The notes beneath the pieces were generated by a model. It was given only the letters and a program-made list of their open reading frames with translations. It was not told where the DNA came from and searched no databases. From positions 5,500 to 69,499 of the forward strand of contig JAADDH010000069.1 of NCBI GenBank assembly GCA_013154035.1: a stretch of 64,000 nt of DNA, given 5' to 3'. This document shows positions 27,925 to 36,585 of the stretch, piece after piece. Numbering within the stretch: position 1 is the stretch's first letter; the number at the start of each line of letters is the position of its first letter. Both the position numbers and the translations under genes were made by a program. This DNA comes from Candidatus Iainarchaeum sp. Lineage in GTDB: Archaea; Iainarchaeota; Iainarchaeia; JAADDC01.

Positions 27925-28588
27925 TACCCTCTGCAAGTTCCATTATTGCCTTGTACGGGTCCTTCGCCTTGGTAACGCCGGAGGCAACGAGAACCCCCTG
28001 TGCACCGAGTTCCACGGCTTTCTTCACGTCCTCCGTCGTCTTAACGCCCGCACCCACAAGAACGGGGGCGTGCACAAGTTCTACTGAGCGGCGGATAATC
28101 TCGGGCTTTGCCTTTGAGACCGAAATGTCCGTCCCTATGAGTTCGGGCGGCTCAACTGCCACGGCGTTTGGCTGGAGATCAGAAACGGCACGAGCAATGG
28201 CATCATCAGCAGCACAGGCGATGACCTCGAGGTGCAGCTCGTGGGCGCGGTGAACGACATACTCTACCCACGAGAAGTTCACCTGATGCTCGGAGTGATT
28301 GATAATCGTTCCGTCGATGCCCCACTCAGCGAGCATTTCAAGGAGAACTGAGCCGGTGTGCGCCCCTGGCTGGTATGCATCCACATGCTGGGCGAAAACA
28401 GGAATATCCACTGCCTCACGCACCCTAACGAGATCTACAGCGTTGGGAGCAACAACAACAGAAACGCCGGTCTCATCGTGGACGCGCTCCGCGGCACGGG
28501 CGATATCCACAGCCCTTGCACCCATTGCCTGGGCATATGCCTTAAAGTTTATGACGACCGCAGGAAGGTCCATGTAGTGAGAACGCAA
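27905..28588 (-). CDS. tpiA: Triosephosphate isomerase, archaeal short type
   Basis: The ~225-aa protein begins VVINFKAY and has the archaeal TIM pattern. Confidence 0.82.
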   Translation of the reverse strand: MRSHYMDLPAVVINFKAYAQAMGARAVDIARAAERVHDETGVSVVVAPNAVDLVRVREAVDIPVFAQHVDAYQPGAHTGSVLLEMLAEWGIDGTIINHSEHQVNFSWVEYVVHRAHELHLEVIACAADDAIARAVSDLQPNAVAVEPPELIGTDISVSKAKPEIIRRSVELVHAPVLVGAGVKTTEDVKKAVELGAQGVLVASGVTKAKDPYKAIMELAEGIIRALP

Positions 28589-28612
28589 AAACGATATATT
28601 AATCTATGGGGA

Positions 28613-29497
28613 ATGCATTGTAATACTGTGGAAATCAGCGTCGTAGGAGACATAAATCCAGACCTGCTATATCTTACGAATAGCTTTCCCGCGCTGGACA
28701 GCCAGAGCATCGCAACTGCGTTTCAAATGAAGTTAGGGGGTAGCGCCGCAAACACAGCATATGCGTTGGCACGTTTAGGAGCAAAAACATGGTTCTTTGG
28801 GGCCGTAGGTAAGGATTTCTTCGGAAAATTCTGCGAGGCGGAGCTAAAGCAGGCTGGCGTAAAACCAGTGCTCACACGCATGGACTCACAGACAGGGATA
28901 ACATCCGCCGTGGAGTTCAAAGGCACGAGGACGATGTTCACATATAGGGGAGCGAACGAATTCTTGGACATTTCGCACATCACCCTCCGCGGCACCTGGC
29001 TGCACCTCTCGGGCTACTGGCATCTTGCACGGCTAAGGCCAAACGTAGAAAAACTCTTCAAAATGGCCAAGGACCGCGGAATGTACACCTCTTTCGATGT
29101 AGGATCCTGGAATACAGACTGGAGCGAGTCGAAATACATAATACACGCGATAAACAAGGGGTATGTGGATTTCGTGCTGGCAAACGCGGAGGAAATATCC
29201 GCACTCACTGGCCTGCCAAAGGACAGGGCAATAAACGTGCTACGGAAGCACACAACCATCGGTCTCCATCAGGGTAGAAACGGGGCAACAATGATATGGA
29301 GAGACGGCGAACACCACGTTCCCGCATGGGACATCCATCCAATCCGCGTGACCGGCGCCGGGGATACGTGGAACGCTGGATTTATCTGGGCATACCTTCG
29401 GACAAAAGATGTGAAAAGAAGTGCAGAAATCGCAATGGAGATCGTAGAAGAATATGTGTTGGGAAAGGAAATAAGGGCGCCATCAGACACTGACTGA
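28613..29497 (+). CDS. PfkB-family carbohydrate/nucleoside kinase
   Basis: It has the GAGDTWNAGF (GAGD) motif and an N-terminal VVGDINPD. Confidence 0.78.
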   Translation: MHCNTVEISVVGDINPDLLYLTNSFPALDSQSIATAFQMKLGGSAANTAYALARLGAKTWFFGAVGKDFFGKFCEAELKQAGVKPVLTRMDSQTGITSAVEFKGTRTMFTYRGANEFLDISHITLRGTWLHLSGYWHLARLRPNVEKLFKMAKDRGMYTSFDVGSWNTDWSESKYIIHAINKGYVDFVLANAEEISALTGLPKDRAINVLRKHTTIGLHQGRNGATMIWRDGEHHVPAWDIHPIRVTGAGDTWNAGFIWAYLRTKDVKRSAEIAMEIVEEYVLGKEIRAPSDTD

Positions 29498-31288
29498 GGA
29501 CGCCCGCTTGGCGCTGATTCCCTTGCGAACCTCCAGAATATACTCCTCTAGCCCCTCGCTTGTTGCCAGCTTCTCCGCCCATGCATCTTGGCCGTGCATG
29601 CGAGCGAAGAACGCCAGAAGATCCCGCACACGCTGAGATACAGGTGGCTGCGATTCTGCTTCAGCCCTGCGCTGGTACTGCTTGATTTGAACTGCAAGTC
29701 GCTCGGCTTCCAAAGGTGCAAGCACTCCATACATCGCCTCGTAAGCGGCAGGAATAACATTTTCTGCCCATTTCCTGTGGAATCTGCAGAAGCCAGCATT
29801 CTCCGTAAGTAGTTCCGCAACAAAGCGCTCCCAGACCTTCGCCCCGAGAGCTTTCGGATCAAGCCAGTCCGATCCATAGTATGTCATGAACTTGCCGTGG
29901 AGAGGCAAGGGAACAAAAAAGCCAGGAACAATGTATTGGGGTGGCACCAACTCCCCGCCGCCGGCGAATGGCACAAACACCGCGAGGTCCTCGGCGCCGT
30001 TACCAATCTTGGCAGCAGCGGACCGAATGCCATGGGCTAAGAAGTCCGCCTTGCCTGCTGCCATTGCAGTAATTAGCTGAGCTACAGCCTGGAACTGTGC
30101 ATCTGGATCCGTAGAAAACGGCTTCAAACTGGTATCTGGAAGACCCTCGATCTTCAACACACCTCTGTCCCGCAGCTCAAGCGCCCATGCAATCGTGTCG
30201 CCCAGCTGAATTGCATCGAATCCCAGACGATCCGCGAGGTGTGCCAGCGCAACGGCCTTTTCCAGATCAAAAATACCCAGCTGCGAGCCCAATGCAGTAA
30301 TGGGTTCGTAATCTACCTTTTTGTCACCCAGGTATTTCTTGCACGCCGCCGCACACTTTTCCCCACATGTACGGGAAACGATATTCTTACTGGAGAAGCC
30401 AGCACGCATCTTTTCCACAGCGGGCGAAATCAGTTCCTCCCACAATCGCTCGCGCTCAGAATCGCTCATATAGATATTATGCCAGTTGTATGACGGAAGT
30501 AATCCCTTCAGATGCGCCCAGTTCAGCATAGTCCCTCCGATTCCGTCTTTTTGGCTGAAACGATATTTTTCAGTAGCAGCGGGGACCTCATTTAAGTAGT
30601 CCTCGCCGAGAACATCTGCGGCCACCTTTCTGAATCGATCTAAATCCAGAGTTGGCACCGCATCGCCACCAAAAACCACCGCGTAAACATTGTGTGCACG
30701 GACCATGACGGAACCTGCACCGCCCCGACCAAAGAAATCAACAGATTTCATCACGGGATCTACGGACGCGAGTACGCCGAAATCGCTGTATCGAGCGGCA
30801 GGCCCCGCAACAACAGCACGGTATGGTGCACCATTGTATACGTCACGGAGTTCCTCTCCCAGGAAGTCCGAAAGAGCAAATACTCCCTCATTAATGAGAT
30901 CCTCCGCGTCGGACAGCTCGAAGATCTGCATTGTAGTCCCAGAGCTATCCCCAATAACCACAACGACGGCGGGGGCGGCAGCGCGACCGACAATCGTGAC
31001 GTCCCTGTCCCCAGTAAGGGCAATATACCTGCCCAGACCTCCGGCAGAGGATACGAAGAAGCCGCCAGTCATGGGCGAACGGAACGATACAACCCCGCGG
31101 TTTGCTCCTTGAATATCTGGGTGCGCAAAGGGCCCCGCAGAAAAAACAAGGGCATTCCTCGGATCGTACGGATCGCGGGAATACGTTTCGTACTCCGAAG
31201 AGTGGATCTTTATGCCCGCATCAACCGCGCCAGAACTCGGAAGTCGTAGCTCCTTCATTTTCTGCTTATCTAGATCAATGACAATCAT
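29483..31288 (-). CDS. Tungsten-type aldehyde:ferredoxin oxidoreductase family protein. Gene context suggests GAPOR.
   Basis: AOR motifs are DPYDPRN, GRGGAGSVMVRAHN, and the Cys cluster RTCGEKCAAACKK. It lies next to TIM and a PfkB kinase, consistent with glyceraldehyde-3-P:ferredoxin oxidoreductase. The start was trimmed to MIVIDLDKQK. Confidence 0.7.
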   Translation of the reverse strand: MIVIDLDKQKMKELRLPSSGAVDAGIKIHSSEYETYSRDPYDPRNALVFSAGPFAHPDIQGANRGVVSFRSPMTGGFFVSSAGGLGRYIALTGDRDVTIVGRAAAPAVVVVIGDSSGTTMQIFELSDAEDLINEGVFALSDFLGEELRDVYNGAPYRAVVAGPAARYSDFGVLASVDPVMKSVDFFGRGGAGSVMVRAHNVYAVVFGGDAVPTLDLDRFRKVAADVLGEDYLNEVPAATEKYRFSQKDGIGGTMLNWAHLKGLLPSYNWHNIYMSDSERERLWEELISPAVEKMRAGFSSKNIVSRTCGEKCAAACKKYLGDKKVDYEPITALGSQLGIFDLEKAVALAHLADRLGFDAIQLGDTIAWALELRDRGVLKIEGLPDTSLKPFSTDPDAQFQAVAQLITAMAAGKADFLAHGIRSAAAKIGNGAEDLAVFVPFAGGGELVPPQYIVPGFFVPLPLHGKFMTYYGSDWLDPKALGAKVWERFVAELLTENAGFCRFHRKWAENVIPAAYEAMYGVLAPLEAERLAVQIKQYQRRAEAESQPPVSQRVRDLLAFFARMHGQDAWAEKLATSEGLEEYILEVRKGISAKRASSVSV

Positions 31289-31336
31289 GCTAAAACAAAG
31301 TAGTCTTGCTTTAAATATGTGATCCCATGTTAGTAT

Positions 31337-32065
31337 GTGTGCAAAATCCGTGAGCTCATCACAACAGTGCGTGAAGCAACCGGACTCTTCCCCGTGCTGA
31401 TCTTTGGCTCTGCAATGCACGGGGCGGGCAGATCTTTCCTCTCAAAGCGCGTAATGAATGCGGTCAGTCGTGAGGGATACCCCGTCGAACGTGTGGGCGT
31501 GGGGGAAATATTTCGAAAAATCGCCGCGGAAGAGGGAATAAGCATAGATCAGTTTACAAAAATGCAATCAGAAGATCCCAGTCGCTTCTATGAGCTTAAC
31601 ATCAAAATTGACGATGAGATCTACCGCAAAATGCATGAAATTCCTGAAGATCGTGTGGCAATAATCGACTCAAACCTCGCAGCATACTACGCTGACACCG
31701 AAAACGCATACGCGTTTCTCGTCTACGCACCGCCAAAGATCATTGCCAAAAGGGTTTCAGGAACGAGACGATTCGGAGACGAGGCATACAGAAACGAAGA
31801 CGCGGCGCTCAAAGCACTTCTAGAGCGAACGCGCGAGGATATTCTCGCATATAGGAACATGGCAAAGATTGCAAGGAGTAATTTCTGGAAAATGGTGTAT
31901 CGCATCGCGGCAGACGATATGGAGAAAAACCTCGAGGCAATTCTGGCAGGGAAGTGTCCAAACAGTCCATTCTATCACGCAAGCATAGACAACGGAGGGA
32001 CAGAAGAGGAAACCCTTGCAAAATGGTGCGAAACAGTAGATGCTCTTGTCAATCGCCACGTATAA
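31337..32065 (+). CDS. Cytidylate-kinase (archaeal CMK) homolog with a degenerate P-loop
   Basis: Overall alignment to archaeal CMK is good: GEIFRKIAAEEGISIDQF, an LID-like region. The Walker A site reads GSAMHGAGRS instead of G-x-x-G-S-G-T-T-T. Confidence 0.5.
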   Translation: MCKIRELITTVREATGLFPVLIFGSAMHGAGRSFLSKRVMNAVSREGYPVERVGVGEIFRKIAAEEGISIDQFTKMQSEDPSRFYELNIKIDDEIYRKMHEIPEDRVAIIDSNLAAYYADTENAYAFLVYAPPKIIAKRVSGTRRFGDEAYRNEDAALKALLERTREDILAYRNMAKIARSNFWKMVYRIAADDMEKNLEAILAGKCPNSPFYHASIDNGGTEEETLAKWCETVDALVNRHV

Positions 32066-32843
32066 CGGTACCCACGCGTTCTCCGCGAACCGCTTTCGCC
32101 ATGTTCCCCGCTGCTGCCGACGTGATAACCACTGATTCTAACCAAGGGGATGTCTGCACAAGCGCAAGCATGGTTTCAACCTTCGACAACATACCCCCCG
32201 TAACATCAATTCCGTGACTGCCGCCCAAAGCATCTCGGACCTCCGGGAAGTTGGCAGGGGTGATCTCTGGGATCCGCTCCGCATCTGGATCGACAAAGGG
32301 ATCTGAAGTGTAAACCCCATCTACACTCGTCACGAGTACGATCCTCCTGGGCTTAAGGGGCCCATTCAGAGCAAAGAAAACCCTCTCCGTAGAAAAAATT
32401 GCGCCGCCGCGCTTCTCATCCGGAACTGCGTCGCCATACGTCACAGGAAGGAACCCCGACTTGATCACATCACCGAGTGCGCCAACACATAGTCTAGAAA
32501 CACGATCATCACGCGAGAAGATAATGGCAGAAGGTGGAAACTGGAATGCTGGCAAACCTCGCTCTACCAGTTGCTCCACCACGATTTGGTTCAGACGAGC
32601 AGCAACCGCATGAACGTTCGCAGCATATTGCCGCGGGTCCGAAAGCTTCATATGCTCATATGCCTTCGCAGCCCAATGCCCAAAGGATCCGCTGCCGTGC
32701 CCCAACAGAACCGCATAGTCGCCAAGTAACGGTGCTAGTTCATCTGCAAGGGCAGAGATTCGGCCTATGTCTGGTGTAAGGGGCTTGCTCTTGTCCGTGA
32801 TGATGGATCCACCCCACTTTACAAATACAGTCTGCTTGGCCAC
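32049..32843 (-). CDS. ipk: Isopentenyl phosphate kinase (amino-acid kinase family)
   Basis: It has the N-terminal VKWGGSIITDK and a His-containing GHGSGSFGH. Confidence 0.78.
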   Translation of the reverse strand: MAKQTVFVKWGGSIITDKSKPLTPDIGRISALADELAPLLGDYAVLLGHGSGSFGHWAAKAYEHMKLSDPRQYAANVHAVAARLNQIVVEQLVERGLPAFQFPPSAIIFSRDDRVSRLCVGALGDVIKSGFLPVTYGDAVPDEKRGGAIFSTERVFFALNGPLKPRRIVLVTSVDGVYTSDPFVDPDAERIPEITPANFPEVRDALGGSHGIDVTGGMLSKVETMLALVQTSPWLESVVITSAAAGNMAKAVRGERVGTVIRGD

Positions 32844-32935
32844 GGAACAAAGGGCAGGCGAAGATTTTTATGAGTGAATTTCACGCTTCGGCAATCAACG
32901 GGTCGGTTTAAATAGGGGGCAGGCATTTTATATCC

Positions 32936-33793
32936 GTGGCGCGCCGTAGAAAACTCGGGGAAGCAATATACTACATTACCACAAAGACGGACAATCTTGC
33001 AGAGAAATTAACCAAAATTGGCCTACCTGGAGAGCAAATAGAGCAAATCTGGATTGAAGAGGACGTTCCCGACGTGTATTTCGTGGACGGGGCGATAATA
33101 GCAGATTTGAACTTCATGGACGAGAGTACGCTGATCGCGATAAAGAAGAACACTGTGGCAGTGGTTGCAGAGGAAGAAACGGAGCTACTGCGGTGGATAA
33201 AAAACAGTATTAAACGCCGAAGAAAGTTCCTTCAAAATCCTGGAACGTTCCTGTACCGCGCAATCAAAAAGCAGCTGGACATTATTCACGACCGCGTCTC
33301 CGAAATCCACAAGGCTGTTACCCGCGTTGAGAAGACAATGGCAAAAAACCTGCGGACAACGGACACGGAAATGGTCCTCAATGTGTACGATGTCCTGCTC
33401 CAACTGCACGACGTTAGGAGGGAGCTGGCATACTTCTGGAAGGTAGTTATGAAGCTGCGGAAAACGCCAATACTCAAGCCAGAGGAAATTGAAGACATAA
33501 AAGGCGACGTGCACGAGGTCTTATCATTTGTGGGGCTCACAATAAAATCCGCGAACTCGATACTGGACCTCCACGACAGGGCACTATCCATGGAGTTGAA
33601 CCTGCTTATTAAACGCCTGACTGCGATATCCATAATCCTCGCGGTAATCACAATCATAACGGGGATCTACGGCATGAATTTCAGATACATTCCCCTCGCA
33701 AACCACCCATACGGCTTCTGGATTATAAACGGGTTTTTGGTACTATTATACGTGGGCATGTGGTGGTGGTTTAGAAGAATAGGGTGGATGTAA
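32936..33793 (+). CDS. corA: CorA-like Mg2+/Co2+ transporter
   Basis: It has the C-terminal YGMNF motif, followed by two TM helices. Confidence 0.72.
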   Translation: MARRRKLGEAIYYITTKTDNLAEKLTKIGLPGEQIEQIWIEEDVPDVYFVDGAIIADLNFMDESTLIAIKKNTVAVVAEEETELLRWIKNSIKRRRKFLQNPGTFLYRAIKKQLDIIHDRVSEIHKAVTRVEKTMAKNLRTTDTEMVLNVYDVLLQLHDVRRELAYFWKVVMKLRKTPILKPEEIEDIKGDVHEVLSFVGLTIKSANSILDLHDRALSMELNLLIKRLTAISIILAVITIITGIYGMNFRYIPLANHPYGFWIINGFLVLLYVGMWWWFRRIGWM

Positions 33794-33794
33794 T

Positions 33795-35210
33795 ATGGAA
33801 TTCCCATCGTTGCTAAGGAAATCACCACGCAGGAGCGTTGAGGAAGATCCCGAGCAAGTAAAAACAGCCGAATTTTGGAATCGCATCAAACCCGCCGAAT
33901 TCTTGGAAGAAGATCCTAAACACGCGCTGGAGCTCGCAGGTAAAGCAATAGATAGCGGAATAACGCATGCGAAGATCGATGAAATGGTCCGCAGGGCAAT
34001 ACATGCCCAAAACTTTCAGGACGTTGCCATCAGACTAGGAGCATCGGAAAGCAAAACAATTGCAAGATATCTCATAGACGAGCACACCATTGCAGAGAAA
34101 ATAACTGATCCACAGCTGGCAAGAACGCTTGCAGATGCTGCACCGCCAGACAAAATCGTACACATCATCGCACAAATCGATAATCCCCAGCTAAGAAAAG
34201 AACTTCTTGCAAAACACAAGGAGAAGATCTTATCCGACCCGAACGCGGTCAAACAACTGGCAAAATACCCCCACATCATCGAGCACATACTGGAAGCAGA
34301 ATGGCACGCAGATATGAACGAGGATCAGCTAAGAAAACTAAGCAATGCAATATCTCACGAATCTCCCGCGCAGTTGGCGCAAACGATAGCCAACACCCTG
34401 GAAAACGACATAAAAACGCCAAAATCAGCGAAGAGCACAGTAATTCTACTCAAAAATATAATGAGTGGGGCAGCAGGCAATCCGCAGGCTACAGAGGGCC
34501 TATTGCGCGTATACAAGCGTATCAAATCCCACGTGTTCACGCCAGAGGGAAAAAACATCGAATTCGGAAAGGCGTTTCTACAAATAGGCGGCGAAGATAC
34601 GATTGCATTCCTGGCGAAAGCAGCATATCAAAAACACAACAGAGGGGACTATAGATCTGCCGCAGACATCGCGGAGGATGCTGTCTGGCTGGCAAAGGAA
34701 TACCTGAAACACGTAAACTGGCAGGAGATATCCAAGAGTCCGAACGCCAAAAGACGGGTTGTGAAATACATGCAGGCAATTGCACGCCTGACCGATCCGG
34801 CAATGTATGGGAACATCGACTACAGGCGACGGAGAGATATTAAACGCCAATTGCGGAGACTCGTGGAAGAGCTCTCAAAACATGAAATCACGCAACACGC
34901 AGATGCGCAATACCTTCAGGCGATCGGCAAAAACCTCGCCCATATTCACGATCACCGCATAATTCTGCCAATGGTGCAAGCCATAGCAGAGGATCCAACA
35001 CGGCGGCGCCACGCAATCGTAGTTAAGGCATACATAGGAGCCCACACACAAAAGGACCACGAGCGCAACCTCCTCCAAGAATTTCTAGAGAGGTTAGAGG
35101 AGGAGCAAGGCACAGAACTATCCGAGCAGCAGATACGGAACATAGTAAAAGCAATCAACGTCCGCGAGTATATTCCCAACGAGCTATGGGAAAAATACGG
35201 AAAACAGTAG
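33795..35210 (+). CDS. Hypothetical 471-aa alpha-helical protein, translationally coupled to corA
   Basis: Its start lies 2 nt after the corA stop. No motif recognised, but repetitive helical composition. Confidence 0.45.
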   Translation: MEFPSLLRKSPRRSVEEDPEQVKTAEFWNRIKPAEFLEEDPKHALELAGKAIDSGITHAKIDEMVRRAIHAQNFQDVAIRLGASESKTIARYLIDEHTIAEKITDPQLARTLADAAPPDKIVHIIAQIDNPQLRKELLAKHKEKILSDPNAVKQLAKYPHIIEHILEAEWHADMNEDQLRKLSNAISHESPAQLAQTIANTLENDIKTPKSAKSTVILLKNIMSGAAGNPQATEGLLRVYKRIKSHVFTPEGKNIEFGKAFLQIGGEDTIAFLAKAAYQKHNRGDYRSAADIAEDAVWLAKEYLKHVNWQEISKSPNAKRRVVKYMQAIARLTDPAMYGNIDYRRRRDIKRQLRRLVEELSKHEITQHADAQYLQAIGKNLAHIHDHRIILPMVQAIAEDPTRRRHAIVVKAYIGAHTQKDHERNLLQEFLERLEEEQGTELSEQQIRNIVKAINVREYIPNELWEKYGKQ

Positions 35211-35261
35211 CAGAATCGGCGCTGCACAAAGGGAATAATTAGCAGATAGCGCCAGAGCAGT

Positions 35262-35460
35262 GATTCCAAACAGCCGCCGTCTCGGCTAGCGTGACGATGG
35301 GGCTACCGCCCCCGTAACCCCGGAGGGGGGTGCTTCCAGCACCCTGCAGTGGGTTGTGCGTCCGATCATAGATCGGACCCGCGCCAGCGCCGGCCGATGT
35401 GTCGGCCGCGTGACACTAACTGCCTGTCTGCGACAGGCAATTATGCAAGAACTATGTAAT
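35262..35460. ncRNA. Candidate structured RNA module, copy 2, in the 3' trailer of the 5S-tRNA-Asp unit
   Basis: It shares the ~95-nt core with 13787..13880. Three perfect hairpins follow: GTCCGATCataGATCGGAC, CGGCCGAtgtgTCGGCCG and TGCCTGTCtgcgACAGGCA. Confidence 0.35.
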
Positions 35461-35594
35461 TGACTATATAGTGCACGAAGGCGCACACGGCACGAGCCAC
35501 TACAAGCAAGCTGACTTCCGCAGCGGGCAACCTCAGCCGACCGCACAACAAAACGCATGGATGAAAACTAGGATGCAGAAGAATGAGATAGTAG

Positions 35595-35668
35595 CGCCCG
35601 AGCCGGGATTTGAACCCGGGTCGCGGGCTCGACAGGCCCGCATGCTAACCTGGCTACACCACTCGGGC
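35595..35668 (-). tRNA. tRNA-Asp (anticodon GTC)
   Basis: Cloverleaf has acceptor GCCCGAG/CTCGGGC, anticodon loop CTGTCGA, T-loop TTCAAAT and discriminator G. Confidence 0.85.
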
Positions 35669-35796
35669 ATCCACCGCATCGCGCGGCAATACTACGTTTC
35701 TAGCGTTGATTTTAAAAGGGTTGCGAGAAGCCCACGGCCAAACAGTTCCCTATACCTCTATGTAAGCTACAGCAGAACGTCGAGAATGAGGAGAAA

Positions 35797-35919
35797 GGGC
35801 GGCAGCGTCGGGCACTTTCCAGGCCAGAGGAGGCCCAGTACCATGCCCATCGCTGGCGGGCTTAACTTCCGGGTTCGGAATGGGTCCGGGTGTTTCCCCG
35901 CCGCTATGGCCGCCGACCC
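35797..35919 (-). rRNA. rrf: 5S ribosomal RNA (orphan, upstream of tRNA-Asp)
   Basis: The reverse complement reads GGGTCGGCGGCCATAGCGGCGGGGAAACACCCGGACCCATTCCGAACCCGGAAGTTAAGCC..GCTGCCGCCC, which carries the 5S hallmark CCGAACCCGGAAGUUAAGCC. A TATA box sits about 26 nt upstream. Confidence 0.85.
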
Positions 35920-35924
35920 AATAA

Positions 35925-35958
35925 TACCTTCATATAAAAATGGTTTTAAAACTAGCGT
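35925..35958 (-). promoter_or_regulatory. Promoter (TATA/BRE) of the 5S-tRNA-Asp unit. It shares the motif TTTTAAAACCATTT with the tRNA-Glu promoter.
   Basis: On the minus strand AGTTTTAAAACCATTTTTATATG is centred about 27 nt upstream of the 5S 5' end. Confidence 0.5.
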
Positions 35959-36536
35959 TAATCTGCGCGGGGCGCCTGCACGAAATCCTTGATGAGTTCC
36001 CGCACCTTCTTGATTGCCTCTACGATCTCCTCCTCCTTGCGCACACCGGCACAGATAAGCTTTCCGTTCTTGAAGAGGAGTAACGTAGCCTTAGGCTCGC
36101 GGATACGGATGATTGCGCCGGGGAACTGTTCAGGTTCGTACTCCACGTTGTCCAGCGTCGCGGCAAGCGAATAGAGGTCTACGGTGACCTTGAGGTCGCC
36201 GGATGCAACGATGTTCTCAATGCGGAAGGGTACGTTCTTCGGATCGGGAAGCTTCAGCTGCGGCTGTGCCTCCTTCAGCACCTCAACAGTCTTCTCAATG
36301 GCCTTGCGGATCTGCTCAGGGTTCTTGTTGCCGGTGCAGATGAGTTTGCCGTTCTTGAAAACGAGCAGCGAGGAATGCGGATCCTCTATCTTCAGAATCG
36401 CGCCCGGGAACTGTTCAGGTTCGTACTCCACGTTGTCTACAGAGAGCGCGAGAGAAAAGAGATCTATGTCCACGTCCAGCGACGCGGATGCAACGATGTT
36501 CTCAACATGATAATATATACCGTCCTTCTCGGGCAT
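35958..36536 (-). CDS. tbp: TATA-box binding protein
   Basis: The 192-aa protein has two direct repeats: ENIVAS..LD..NVEYEPEQFPGAI appears twice. Confidence 0.9.
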   Translation of the reverse strand: MPEKDGIYYHVENIVASASLDVDIDLFSLALSVDNVEYEPEQFPGAILKIEDPHSSLLVFKNGKLICTGNKNPEQIRKAIEKTVEVLKEAQPQLKLPDPKNVPFRIENIVASGDLKVTVDLYSLAATLDNVEYEPEQFPGAIIRIREPKATLLLFKNGKLICAGVRKEEEIVEAIKKVRELIKDFVQAPRAD

Positions 36537-36585
36537 GGACCTCTTCTTAATATAACGCCGACACCTTTAAAAAGGGGTAAAGTTG

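Noticed and set aside
35700-35960. Initially read as a long intergenic spacer between tRNA-Asp and tbp
   Set aside because: Reverse-complement inspection shows it encodes a 5S rRNA with the CCGAACCCGGAAGUUAAGCC hallmark.
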